IMG/VR virus record: IMGVR_UViG_3300021959_000011 | Location: 1-64,000 of that record | DNA from: a virus | Reading direction: 5' to 3' (one strand) | DNA: 64,000 bases | In this document: in pieces, positions 31,701-41,800 of the stretch | Layout: every line of letters begins with the position of its first letter | Numbering within the stretch: the stretch's first letter is position 1 | Notes under the pieces: model-generated | The model's database searches: none | What the model saw: only the letters and a program-made list of their open reading frames with translations | What the model was told of the DNA's origin: nothing | Program-made: the position numbers and the translations under genes

Positions 31701-32543
31701 ATCTGATTCGACTGTGTAAAAACTTTCTGGTAATAATTTTCCATTAATTGAAACTCTAAATTCTCCATCTCCCAAATCACCTCTAGTGAATGGTAACATT
31801 GCAGTACCAGATGCTGCAGTCAATACAACATTAGATGATCCAATGGTAGAGATATCCTTTTCAAAAGAAGTTCTCCATTCTCTAACAACTTTATAAAGAT
31901 GTTTAAAAGTTTTCTGTACACCCTCAATTCCTGTTGTGGTATAATCATCGTTATATTGTGTAGTTAAAGTATGTCTAAGTTTTGTAACACTTGCATCTGT
32001 ATATCCAGCCGCTACTGGATCGCCGTTAACGTCAAGAGGTGTTGCATGTGTTGCCTTTAACAATTCTGGTGTGTCATAAGGATGAACAGTCAAGTCTTTT
32101 GCAAGTTGGTATAATAAACCACCATCTGTACCTGTCCAAGAATCTTGCGCCTCTTGAAATCTAACCTCAACTGTATCACCAGATACTGGTCTATATTCTT
32201 CTGCAAAAATCAAAGAACCGAAAATTCCGGCACTTCTATCAAATTCTACAGAACCTAGGCCGGCAAGTTGTGAACCTTCTTTATATGTACCATCTTCCCA
32301 AGATGTTACATCGGGGTCTGTTGTAGTACCATCAACTGAATTTTTACCTTGTGTTCTGTCAATAGAATATCTTACTTCACCAACTTTAATTTCCCAATTC
32401 CAATCTTTATCTTCGTAATCGATTTTTGAACGTAATGGAAACACTCTTGTAGAACCGCCACCTGTATGGTATTCTACGTGTTGTCTGTGAGAGATATTAA
32501 TAATCTCATTTCTTTGAATACTATACCCACTTGAACTTGGCAT
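28755..32543 (-). CDS. Virion structural protein, KPWD/GNGMR paralog family member 3
   Basis: 1262 aa; QKWRLRF, VATSYQLLDD, REPG, YPLSYRITITDHG, DDDYAWFVVQRHVD, RFVVREQDVLKPWD, NGNGMRI. Confidence 0.75.
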   Translation of the reverse strand: MPSSSGYSIQRNEIINISHRQHVEYHTGGGSTRVFPLRSKIDYEDKDWNWEIKVGEVRYSIDRTQGKNSVDGTTTDPDVTSWEDGTYKEGSQLAGLGSVEFDRSAGIFGSLIFAEEYRPVSGDTVEVRFQEAQDSWTGTDGGLLYQLAKDLTVHPYDTPELLKATHATPLDVNGDPVAAGYTDASVTKLRHTLTTQYNDDYTTTGIEGVQKTFKHLYKVVREWRTSFEKDISTIGSSNVVLTAASGTAMLPFTRGDLGDGEFRVSINGKLLPESFYTVESDDATRRSTITLLAGSEITWVDSADLNNVNVAIGYHWKHSLDVPYGALVGKAGLGPIQTAISGVNHAFVANDGIVFIPATSSQQYAILDLNWDAANQTFTVNTDGGGQVLATSDQNSYIDAGSIFLIEYEEVDTYAPAFNLIYPKPLSNNKVDVEYALRDISDKFLVESSKGVDLLSDDTLTPEYTSPTSNRKPQKWRLRFEWDRKLASVRVNVATSYQLLDDMSVTKGQSRDGIKGPVSREPGELCDIYKEPNVGRGSTYQLIKSKSDFYRRSQKDIDDTARTYPLSYRITITDHGMGFFMWEQASVDQDDDYAWFVVQRHVDQTTGQPEFTGKSPVHCVYSPCKRPIDIADLNQYYAASDINDLTKTPNLYTSLGQMLETEGPTLYFDPTETMFNGTVNALDFTGKGYLTGTDASGDSTGEKKELDVGIVGSKMTQTTDYWLKGYQWQVTDPATFDPSAFNFPADFTTITSNERVNDLEIVGFTELPRDGVSSTAKSKGSSWVMDSRLAPHFSGNVIYPENRIERVSTFVTAATDATDGIPDGATGAAPGDWSDPSYAMLDILYNENQANQTKVLDSLIVAIDGQELIRDTDAYILNYDQWVRMGDPSTGHRFIQSLDAAGVTKLGSSFKLPVESTAAVPDYIKEIFDGTSQNAATYKEGVDLDWTVYNPTDPTGGASMACSVINPTTKEAYKIHFIYALWEIFGDKYKTPVNSSTGLNISKYTNLTGASVNGRLPGDPIWSLLDPTKNVYIYDFFNQTLLFRDAPRPSAALTVKLINYVFADPAGNAYYIETPEDRDFPERNQNFQKTINRFVVREQDVLKPWDFHVSATMHEIDSNAIINPQEQLSITQDRDFVFSFPTQLTSQRFYYPRSELDLITVSSADFSTQSGSIEIEKYTDSDGLNAQFTVGGQGFDVTSAGTAHPYAGHVGPDGQKYYWKKNKRRYEGMMSTLPNGNGMRIFMQTAGSSIKFTDTNEGGAPA

Positions 32544-32589
32544 TAATAATCTCCTTTAAAATTTTTAGGACTTTTTGTTTATCTGAATA

Positions 32590-32597
32590 TATTTATA
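32590..32597 (-). promoter_or_regulatory. T4-type late promoter TATAAATA
   Basis: Exact consensus upstream of 32543 (AAGGAG RBS follows). Confidence 0.75.
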
Positions 32598-32608
32598 AAA
32601 CTTTTCTT

Positions 32609-34357
32609 CTAGTCTATGTTAACATCACTGTTGAAAATATAGTCTCCATTCACTAACATCAACACTCTCATTCCGTTTCCATTTGGTAGAGTTGATAACA
32701 TCCCCTGATATCTTCGGTTATCTGTATTTGTTCCATCTGGTTTGTATGTTTGCATAGGTACATTACTACTCTGTGCAACTACTTCTGAAGATGAGAATGC
32801 AATTAAATCAATTTCTTCTTTTGGATACATATATCTTTGAGTAGTGAGTCCTGTTGGGAAAGTGATAACAAACCTGTTATCATCTGTAATTGCAAGTTGT
32901 TCCATTGGGTTGATAATTGCATTACTATCTGTCTGGTGTCTAGTACAATCTTTGTGTACATCCCATGGTTTTACGATATCAAATTCTCTTGCAACAAATC
33001 TCCAAATATTTTTTGCCATAAATTCATCTGCGAGAGAATCTTCTCTGTCATACGGATTCAAAATATATAATGAATCTGAATTTAATTCGGATACCGAAAA
33101 TTCATTTCCAGATTCATCATACACACTACCAATAGCATTTGCTGCAGTCTGTAAATTTGCAGCCTGTTGAGTAAAGTATACACCAAAATCTCTAGGCGAA
33201 ACACTTTCCCTTGAACAAGAATACATACAATGTAATGGGAATCTAGATGATTCATCAGTTCTTGTAATACCTGTTTGATTATCTACAGTTCTTTGTGCAA
33301 GTACCCATGCATAATCATCGTTTTGGTCTGTTGAACTATCATCCATTATAAAGAAACAAAATCCACGTTCTGTGAATGTAATTCTATATTGCATAGGATA
33401 TGTACCGGCTACTGAACTATCCTGTTTGGGGAATCTTTTAAACCAACCTTTGCCGCGTCTTTTATTTCTCCAACGAGTACTTCTATTAATAGTACCACCA
33501 TCTTCAGGAATTACAATATCTTCGAAAAATAAATCAACACACTGGCCAGGATCTCGTAAGATAGAAGTAGAAACTGATGCACCATTTTCTAAAGTAATTA
33601 AACCATCACTAATACCTAATGGTGCAGTAATATCTCCGTTATCTAAAATTTGGTTTTTGGTTGCAATGTTAATTTTTAACCACGCATAAGAAGGATTTGG
33701 AATTCCTACTGTGGCCTCCCATCCCGCCGGCAAACTTGCATTTGTAACAGTACCATAGCCAGGATGTGAATTAACTAGGGTTTCTCCCCAAGTACTTACG
33801 AGAGTTTCATCAATTGCATTACCGTCACTATATGTGTCTAATCCCAAATTACGCATTTTTAAATTTAGTTGATATAACTCTGCAGAAAATTCTTTGTCAC
33901 TTTCAAATAACCTCGGACGTTCATCATATTCAAGACGCAATCTAAATTTTTGATCGATACCTCTAGAAACTTGACCTTGATTTGGTGACATTTGGTCTGT
34001 AGAATCGTATACAATTACATGTTGCAATTGTGGTTGTCCATCATCAGTAGTACCATAACTAGGTGTACCATCATATCCAGCAACAGGAAATACTGGGTCA
34101 AAAAATCTTTTTGTTACTAGGGTTGAACCATCTGCGGCGTCTACCACTTCATTACCAGATTGTGGGATTCCGTTGTATAATTGCCATTCTCGTTTTAAAT
34201 CTAAATCTAAAACTTTGAGCATTCCACCATATGGAGTACCGTCCAATCCACCATCACCAGTAAAACCACCATTACCAGTGAAGGCAGTGAACCCTGTTCT
34301 TACAGTAGAAACTCCATAGTTTTTAAATGCTGATAAGGTAACTTGTAATTGTGCCAT
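32609..34357 (-). CDS. Virion structural protein, KPWD/GNGMR paralog family member 4 (shortest)
   Basis: 582 aa; QKFRLRL, IATKNQILDNG, YPMQYRITFTERG, DDYAWVLAQR, RFVAREFDIVKPWD, NGNGMRV. Confidence 0.75.
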   Translation of the reverse strand: MAQLQVTLSAFKNYGVSTVRTGFTAFTGNGGFTGDGGLDGTPYGGMLKVLDLDLKREWQLYNGIPQSGNEVVDAADGSTLVTKRFFDPVFPVAGYDGTPSYGTTDDGQPQLQHVIVYDSTDQMSPNQGQVSRGIDQKFRLRLEYDERPRLFESDKEFSAELYQLNLKMRNLGLDTYSDGNAIDETLVSTWGETLVNSHPGYGTVTNASLPAGWEATVGIPNPSYAWLKINIATKNQILDNGDITAPLGISDGLITLENGASVSTSILRDPGQCVDLFFEDIVIPEDGGTINRSTRWRNKRRGKGWFKRFPKQDSSVAGTYPMQYRITFTERGFCFFIMDDSSTDQNDDYAWVLAQRTVDNQTGITRTDESSRFPLHCMYSCSRESVSPRDFGVYFTQQAANLQTAANAIGSVYDESGNEFSVSELNSDSLYILNPYDREDSLADEFMAKNIWRFVAREFDIVKPWDVHKDCTRHQTDSNAIINPMEQLAITDDNRFVITFPTGLTTQRYMYPKEEIDLIAFSSSEVVAQSSNVPMQTYKPDGTNTDNRRYQGMLSTLPNGNGMRVLMLVNGDYIFNSDVNID

Positions 34358-34389
34358 ATTAGTTTACTCTTTCTAATTCGTTATATATC

Positions 34390-34397
34390 TATTTATG
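34390..34397 (-). promoter_or_regulatory. Late promoter variant CATAAATA
   Basis: Overlaps the stop of the 198-aa gene, upstream of 34357. Confidence 0.6.
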
Positions 34398-34989
34398 CCG
34401 CAGAACCTGTATTACTTCCGCCGCCACCAGACAAATTTTGATAATGTATTGGTACAAATCCATTACAAGATACAGTTGCAGTTATATTGTTAATTCCAGA
34501 ATTGTCTCCATAAGAAAGTACGAAGATATCATCATTTTCTGGTTGTGGTAATATTAGACTATGGAACTTAGAAGTTCTATTGCCGGTGTTATCTTTTCCA
34601 GAAACACTTACAATTTTTTCACCAGTTGTCCAATCTTCTGTTTCACTTAATCTCCAAAAACCAATATCAAATTCATCTTGTATATCAAATCTAAACCAAA
34701 CCTCAATAATAGAATATGATAAAACTGTTTCTTCTGGGTCTATTCCAAGACTAACCAATCTTTCTTTTGTTACACTGGGCCCAACCAATACTATTTCAGT
34801 TTCACATGAATATGCATTACCATAATTATTTGAGGTAAATGACGAAATCATAGGGGCAAAGTCTACTGCAATATCACCATTCGGAGTTGTTACCACACCA
34901 TTACTAACATTATCAATACCAGTAGAATTTCCATCTATACCGATATTTATGATAAAATTACTTTGTTGACTGTTTTCTATATATGACAT
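34393..34989 (-). CDS. Hypothetical protein (probably structural)
   Basis: 198-aa ORF tightly packed in the operon. Confidence 0.65.
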   Translation of the reverse strand: MSYIENSQQSNFIINIGIDGNSTGIDNVSNGVVTTPNGDIAVDFAPMISSFTSNNYGNAYSCETEIVLVGPSVTKERLVSLGIDPEETVLSYSIIEVWFRFDIQDEFDIGFWRLSETEDWTTGEKIVSVSGKDNTGNRTSKFHSLILPQPENDDIFVLSYGDNSGINNITATVSCNGFVPIHYQNLSGGGGSNTGSAA

Positions 34990-34992
34990 TTC

Positions 34993-37521
34993 TTATCCAT
35001 TAAAATATTTTGTACCAAATGAAAAATCTTCATTAGGGTCGTGCATCCATGAAAAATCAGAATTCTTTAATTGCCAATCATTACTATGGTTTGGAGATTT
35101 TACAAATACTCTCAAAACATCACTGCCGCGTCTTTCATACATGTTTGCAAATACAGGATATCTTTGTCCTGCTGTTAGATATTTAGAGTATTCCTGAGAT
35201 GCAAATCTTTTACCATGATCCCCACCATTGTCAACTTGTGCGTTTGCGCGAGTCCTAGTACTTTTAAATTTTGCATGGTCTCCTAACCAAAAATAACTAC
35301 CATCATCTGAATACGTATTAAATTTGTATGTACCAGAAACATGTGGTACAATATATCCATGATACATAGATACATAATAGTTACCAATATTTTCTGGAGT
35401 ATCCATTTGGCTTTCAATATACTTAACTGTTGCAGGTCTACCACCACGATAGTACCCATACCCACCTAATAATTTACTATCGCCCCACCAACCCCATACG
35501 TGATATCTGACAACGCCAGGTGACAGTGGTGGTAAAGTTCTTTTAGTATTTGCCAATGCATCAGCACTTGTAGAACCAGTTCTATTTAAATTCATTCCAG
35601 ACCATGCTAAAGTAAATGCATGTGGATTTGTAGATGATGTTTGTTGTTTAAATCCGGCCTTTGCAACAGTTTTAATAGGTATATTATTTGTATCTCTAAA
35701 TACGATAGTAAATATTTCTGATGAGTCATTTGCATGTTGTGGAAAGTTATATACTTTTCCTGAGTCCGCCTTTGATGCAATTTTTGTATAAACTACAAAA
35801 CCATTTTCACCACCAGAAAATGACTGTAAACTCCACCCTGCAGGCCTTGCTGAATTATATTCAGTTTCTGTACGTACAGAACTTGGATTAGAAAATCTTT
35901 GTATTGCAACTATTAAATCATTATCTTTTATTCCTGATTGTAAATTTGCACTAAATCCAACATCCTGTATACCAACTCCAACTTGGTTAAGATCATTTAT
36001 ATTTGGCCCATCAACTTCTAACGCCAACATAAATCCGTTATTATACGAACCTGTATCGTTTTGATCTAATTTCCATTTTGGTAATTTTTCACCTCGATTG
36101 TATAGAGAATATCCCCATTCAAAGTTTGTGCCCGTCAACTTACCAGATTCCAGTGGAGGTGTGATTAGGAAACTTGGAGCTGCATCGGAACTCACCCCAG
36201 CAATTAATATTACTGGATTTGGTAAAATACTGGATGCAGTAATAGTTGTCGTATTATCCACATAAACTGCACTTAAAGGAATATAATCTTTCTTTTGTTT
36301 TATTTGTATATCGGAAATACTAACAAAATTTTCTGAGTTAATAAACAATGGATATACTTTATTCCAATTATTGTTATTCTTTACATAAACTTCTCTGATT
36401 TCTTTCCATGCACCAGAATCTTTTGCATATATTTCTTTTGGAACCCACCATTTTGTCCTATCATTTCCTAATGGACTTAGTAAAGTACCTGTCGAATTGT
36501 TTGGTTTAACATCTCTTACTACATTATGACCATTTTTTGATATAACAGAAAATCTAAAAAATCTCTTATTCGCACCACGGCCAATATTATCACCAGAAAC
36601 GTATGGTCTACCATCACCTATAACTTCAACTCCCTGATACTCACCACCCTGATTAAAGTAGAAATTTGCAGTTGCATCACCATTTTTATAATGAGTTATA
36701 GTTGATGTGCCTTTGAAAAAACAAAATCCTGCTCCATCATATTTACCGCCAGAATGATGTGGTTGTACAATTTTAATATAACAGTTTCCACTTGCATTTC
36801 TCACGTTCATACTCATTAGTGCCCAAGAGTTTTGTCTAAAGTCAAAGTTTAGTGTCTGCATTACACGACCATCAGATTTTCTCACCAATGTCATGATATA
36901 TTTTTCTCTGGTCATATCTGTATATTCCAGACCATTACTATCATTACCAATGATATAATAAAATGAAAGAGTATCCATTCCAGTTGCATTAAATGTTGGG
37001 GATTGCCAAGAACGAGGATAATGTGTACCTATTTGTACATATCCTGTAATATCATTTCTGTTTGCAATGATACCATGTTTGGATGCACCACCAGTATCGC
37101 CAGAACCACTACCAAATCCACGGTTCTTTGCATCTAGTTTAAGACTCACTCTAGTCTCTGTCCAAGATAAGGGTTCGTTTGTTGCATCAATTCTTGCAAC
37201 TTCTGTCCAAGGGCCCTCTTCTGTTTCACATGCCTCTAATGATAAAATTCTATCACCTGTACCAATATTTGCAGGCCAAGTTAAATCATACGTGATATAT
37301 GGATTTTCTCCCTGTTTTCTAGGATGGTTATCATCGATAGTAAAAACAGGTGTATACATTCTATCTAAATTATTTTCACTGTAATTTTTAAGTGGCTCAT
37401 ATAATCTGGCATCGACTGCCTTCAACCCTCTACCCTTATTACCAGAGTGTTGGATTTGCAAATCTACTTTATACTCTACGTTCTGTTGATTAAGAGTATC
37501 ATCTTTGACATAGTATGCCAT
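34993..37521 (-). CDS. Putative receptor-binding protein with C-terminal PA14/GLEYA-like domain
   Basis: 842 aa; GYIVPHVSGTYKFNTYSDDGSYFWLG...VDNGGDHG...LTAGQRYPV resembles the PA14 pattern including the DD Ca-binding motif. Confidence 0.7.
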   Translation of the reverse strand: MAYYVKDDTLNQQNVEYKVDLQIQHSGNKGRGLKAVDARLYEPLKNYSENNLDRMYTPVFTIDDNHPRKQGENPYITYDLTWPANIGTGDRILSLEACETEEGPWTEVARIDATNEPLSWTETRVSLKLDAKNRGFGSGSGDTGGASKHGIIANRNDITGYVQIGTHYPRSWQSPTFNATGMDTLSFYYIIGNDSNGLEYTDMTREKYIMTLVRKSDGRVMQTLNFDFRQNSWALMSMNVRNASGNCYIKIVQPHHSGGKYDGAGFCFFKGTSTITHYKNGDATANFYFNQGGEYQGVEVIGDGRPYVSGDNIGRGANKRFFRFSVISKNGHNVVRDVKPNNSTGTLLSPLGNDRTKWWVPKEIYAKDSGAWKEIREVYVKNNNNWNKVYPLFINSENFVSISDIQIKQKKDYIPLSAVYVDNTTTITASSILPNPVILIAGVSSDAAPSFLITPPLESGKLTGTNFEWGYSLYNRGEKLPKWKLDQNDTGSYNNGFMLALEVDGPNINDLNQVGVGIQDVGFSANLQSGIKDNDLIVAIQRFSNPSSVRTETEYNSARPAGWSLQSFSGGENGFVVYTKIASKADSGKVYNFPQHANDSSEIFTIVFRDTNNIPIKTVAKAGFKQQTSSTNPHAFTLAWSGMNLNRTGSTSADALANTKRTLPPLSPGVVRYHVWGWWGDSKLLGGYGYYRGGRPATVKYIESQMDTPENIGNYYVSMYHGYIVPHVSGTYKFNTYSDDGSYFWLGDHAKFKSTRTRANAQVDNGGDHGKRFASQEYSKYLTAGQRYPVFANMYERRGSDVLRVFVKSPNHSNDWQLKNSDFSWMHDPNEDFSFGTKYFNG

Positions 37522-37533
37522 TTATTGCCCTCT

Positions 37534-38664
37534 TTATACTCTATACCAAACATCACCATTAGAACCACCAGATGGTAGATTTGAACTAATTGTTTGGTTG
37601 TGTTGCGACTGATTACCTAAATTTCTTTTTGAAAAAGATTGTATGTGTCCTGATGAATCGACAATCACTTTATCAATCACTTCAGTACCATTGGTATTTA
37701 CAGATGATGGATTATGTGTTGCGTGTGAATATGTAAATGCTGCAGAATCATATACAATTAAAGTGTCACCAGATGTTGGTGGTGTTTCTAATTTAAGAGC
37801 AAGTTGATTATAGATATTTGTATCTTCGTTTATTAATGATTGTAAAGAAACATCTACTGCCTCTAATTTAACATCAACTGCATTAATATCGCCCTTAATA
37901 TTATCTGTTATTGCATATGTATTTCCACCATCTGATGTGTAAACGCCGGCAGAGTTCAATCCAATATTTGTTTGTGATTTAGTTAATCTATTGTCTAATC
38001 CAACAATAGATTGAATATTTTGATTAATTCTATTTTCATTTGTCGCAGACTGAGTATCTAATGCAACCAAAGATTCTTTAACAGTACCAGTAATATAATT
38101 ACCAACTAACGTAATATTACCACTAGAATCTGCACCAAGATTTGTTTGCGTATTATTTAATATATCAGCTTCTTCTTTAATCTTCGTGTCTAATAAATTG
38201 TCTGCATTTGCGAGAGAAACAGATGTTGACAAATAATTAGATGTTGTTGGTTGGATATATTGTCCAGCTGGTGTTAGACCTGCATTTAATTCAACTGCAT
38301 CAATACTTTGTTGCAATCCAACATCGGCATCAATCCTTGAATTCTTTTCAGTTAAAACTTCTGAATCAGTATATGCGACTAAAACATCATGTGCATTATT
38401 TAAACTCTCAACAAGGTTTGCACCAGCATATGCAACATCAATACTTCCAAGAGGACCAATATTCGAAATATTGGTATTAATTAATGTTTCGTGTTCGTTA
38501 AACGCTCCTACTACAGTCTTACTATCTGTAGATAGTCCGTTAAAATCTCCTACTAGTGCCTGTACATATAATGCATGGTCTCTAATTTCATTAGTTTTAG
38601 TGGCCCAAACGTCAAACGTATCAGTTCTAATAACTTGTGTTAGTGATGGATATGTAAATGCCAT
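37534..38664 (-). CDS. Coiled-coil tail fibre/whisker-like protein
   Basis: 376 aa; N-terminal DTFDVWATKTN motif, repeats shared with the 858-aa fibre, C-terminal PSGGSNGDVWY. Confidence 0.7.
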   Translation of the reverse strand: MAFTYPSLTQVIRTDTFDVWATKTNEIRDHALYVQALVGDFNGLSTDSKTVVGAFNEHETLINTNISNIGPLGSIDVAYAGANLVESLNNAHDVLVAYTDSEVLTEKNSRIDADVGLQQSIDAVELNAGLTPAGQYIQPTTSNYLSTSVSLANADNLLDTKIKEEADILNNTQTNLGADSSGNITLVGNYITGTVKESLVALDTQSATNENRINQNIQSIVGLDNRLTKSQTNIGLNSAGVYTSDGGNTYAITDNIKGDINAVDVKLEAVDVSLQSLINEDTNIYNQLALKLETPPTSGDTLIVYDSAAFTYSHATHNPSSVNTNGTEVIDKVIVDSSGHIQSFSKRNLGNQSQHNQTISSNLPSGGSNGDVWYRV

Positions 38665-38665
38665 T

Positions 38666-38884
38666 TTAAGTTCTCTCTACTAGTATTTTTAATAATTCTT
38701 TTATTTCTTGCACTTCTGTTTTAAGGTTGTCTATTTCTCTTTCAGTTTTATCAAATCGATTTACTCTTTTCATATAGTTTCTATATGATTGTATATCTGT
38801 ATTAATAACCGCCTTTGAGTGCGGATCTCTGCGTAGATTTTTTTCTTCCTTAACTATCATAAAATCATTTATATCTCTACTCAT
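38666..38884 (-). CDS. Conserved small protein found downstream of VrlC-like genes in T4-like marine phages
   Basis: 72 aa; NLRRDPHSKAVINTD motif plus C-terminal coiled coil. Confidence 0.7.
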   Translation of the reverse strand: MSRDINDFMIVKEEKNLRRDPHSKAVINTDIQSYRNYMKRVNRFDKTEREIDNLKTEVQEIKELLKILVERT

Positions 38885-38892
38885 TATTTATA
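38885..38892 (-). promoter_or_regulatory. T4-type late promoter TATAAATA
   Basis: Exact consensus, but it directly abuts the ATG at 38884. Confidence 0.5.
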
Positions 38893-38895
38893 ATC

Positions 38896-41800
38896 CTAAG
38901 TGGCGAGTGCAACAATTCTTAAATCTGAGACACGAGGCACTATAGAAGAATTTTTACTTCTCAATACAATTTTAACGCCAAACCCAATGAATTCTTCAAT
39001 ATCTCTTATATCATACTCAAATTCCCTAAAGTCACTTATTGAATTTGCAGGAATTCCATACCCATCTGGTCTTTCAATGAAAGTATATGGCAATTTTCTA
39101 TATTCAAGTGAATCACTACTTTTAGTTTTGTAATATAAGTCAATATCTGTATCTGCAGGTCTATTCGCAGTAATAACAATTTTCATAGATTTAGATGGCT
39201 GTGCAAGTTGGATTTCTCTAGTGATATATGTTGCATCAACAGAACCACCCGTCGATTCTAGTTCACTCACAAATCCTGTATAAACATGTCCAATATTACC
39301 AGATGCGAGGTTGGTATCCGTTTGAATACCATTCGCATCAACGTCACTAGTCCACTGTGGTGAGTTAGTTCTATTAGATACTAATATTGCACTACATCTT
39401 TGCGTATCAACCTGTGGAGACAAATTGTCTGATTCGGAGTACATATCGATTTCGTAAACCAAAGATTTTTTATTTATTGCATTACCACTATTAAACTGTT
39501 GTTCATTAAATCTACTAGAAATCATTCTTGGTGCATTGAATGTGATATTACTATTAGGCACCATTGTAGACCAGTTACTATCCTTTACTCCAGCGATTTG
39601 ATCTCCATCTTGTGATGCACCAGAGATAGATTTAAACTTATATTGAATATTTGTGCCAGGCAACTGTACGTTTTGTACAATAGGCATCATCAAATCATAT
39701 TTAATATTCGAATTTAAATATGGTAAAAATCCATCTACACCTACTGGAGAAAATCTTCCAGATGTTGCAGGCATAACATTTGTACCAGTTGCAGCTGAGT
39801 ATGTCTTATTATTAAAATCTATAGTAGTTTCATTATATTTAACATTTCTCATGTCAATAGAAAAACTATCAAGTGTAGTTGACAATACCTTATGAATCCC
39901 ATTTAACTGGGCACCACTAAGTGAATTTGTAGAATCTGTACCACCAAACAACGCATTATCTTTAAATCCAGTAATTTGTACATAATTATGATTTTCATGG
40001 AAATCTGTACCAATACAACCGTGATCTATAGCATGGAATGTTACAATATGTGAATTCGCAGTCAGTTCCATAGAATCCGTACCAAGTAAAATTCTATTTT
40101 CTTCACTACCCAATGAATCATAATCTTCGTTTGCAAAGTACAATGTTGACTTTTTAGAATTATCAAATTTTGCGCGATAAACTTTAAATTTTAAATCTTC
40201 CATTTGATCCGCAGTCCAAGTGGATGCGTTTTGTGATTTAAAGAAAACCCCTGCATATGGTTGTTCTGAAATAATACCAGAACCATCAAGTGCCTCTTCA
40301 CCCAATCTTGAAACATGACAGCGATATCCCTGTGTATCCGCAAGCACAACAATACAATACTCTGTACTATCCTGTACATACACTGGACAATCAAATCTAA
40401 AGTTTGTTGGTAAACTACCATCATCTGAAATTTGTACTTGATTTGGATATAAAGTTTTCTCACCAAAAGGTAGAATTTTCTGGCCAGGATAACCATTTAC
40501 TGTTTCTCTTAATTGCAGAGTTACAGGAATTCCTTCATCTTTTGTAGAGAAGAATAAATCTACACTAGTAATATATGCACCACCATCTTCCTCAATCAAA
40601 ATTGTTTCTGCAAGTGGGTCATACCAACCAGTGTCAGACTCAACAACTCTTCTGGTAGTTGTATTTTGTAAAGTTCTTGTATCAGAAATATTTCTCTGTA
40701 CAATTTCTGCAGTACGAGTTGATAAAATAGTTTGTTGTCTCGTTTCGATTGTACCTTTTGCGGTATAGTTTGTTTGTGCGTTTGTATCTGTGTCATCAGA
40801 GTTGTTTGGTTGGTCTGTTAATCTAAAGATACGATCACCAGTTCTAAATCTGATATTATCTGTATTTGGTAGGTTAAAGATACCACGTACCTGTCCTAAA
40901 TCATTTGTTTTTAGAACTTTATTATCTACTGAAACACCTTCTCCACTTTGATAATTACCAACACGAATTGAATTTCCACGAGCATCTCTTAGATACATTC
41001 TTTCTAATGTTGTGTAATTTTTGTTATCCATATTATCAACAACAAAAAATCTAACTGAATTTGTATCTACATACTCTAGTCCAAATACATTTGTTTGATG
41101 ACCACTAGTATCACCTGTTAGAGTCATTTCACCAGCTTCTGAAATCCATTTTTGTTCATTATCATTTATAAAATTGTTTGCACTTTGTGTCATTGAACCG
41201 ACAGTATGTGTCTGCGCTGCAACACAAAATTCACTCACATCAACATCATCAAAGAATGGATAAACCTTTGTGTTTGGTTTCATTCGTGTACCATGGAAGA
41301 AAATTGAACGTTCTCTAATAAATGGTACAATCTCTGTATTAACTACTCTATCACCCATGTTTTCTGTGGTTACGCGAGGTACTAATTCAGTTGTGATACC
41401 AGTTCTGGTTTGATTATTTGTAGTTTGAATGGTTTCATTTCTACCAGTAACCCTTCTAATGCCAGGGCCTCTCATAAAGTCGTTGAATTGAGTATTGCCA
41501 GTAACTTCAGTACCTGTCCAAGCGGTTTGCCAGTTATTCCATTCTGTACCCAATACTCCCATTTCGTTTGCAAGGAATTGAATATTATCAAATTGTCCTT
41601 CGCGGTTGATAGTCAAATCTGGTTGTCTATTGACATCTCTCCACTCATCACTCGCTGGAGTAAGTTTAATAGAGCCACGGAAGGTGAAAATTGCAAATGG
41701 ATTTACGTTTACAGTTTTAGATGATTTGTCTTGGTTGATTACCATCACATCTTCGTATGGTAACAATAAAACACCATCATGGTCAGAATAATGACTTGAA

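Noticed and set aside
1-38664. Diversity-generating retroelement or invertase-based fibre switching
   Set aside because: No reverse transcriptase, recombinase, adenine-mismatched repeat pair or inverted cassette was seen by eye; elements outside the window cannot be excluded
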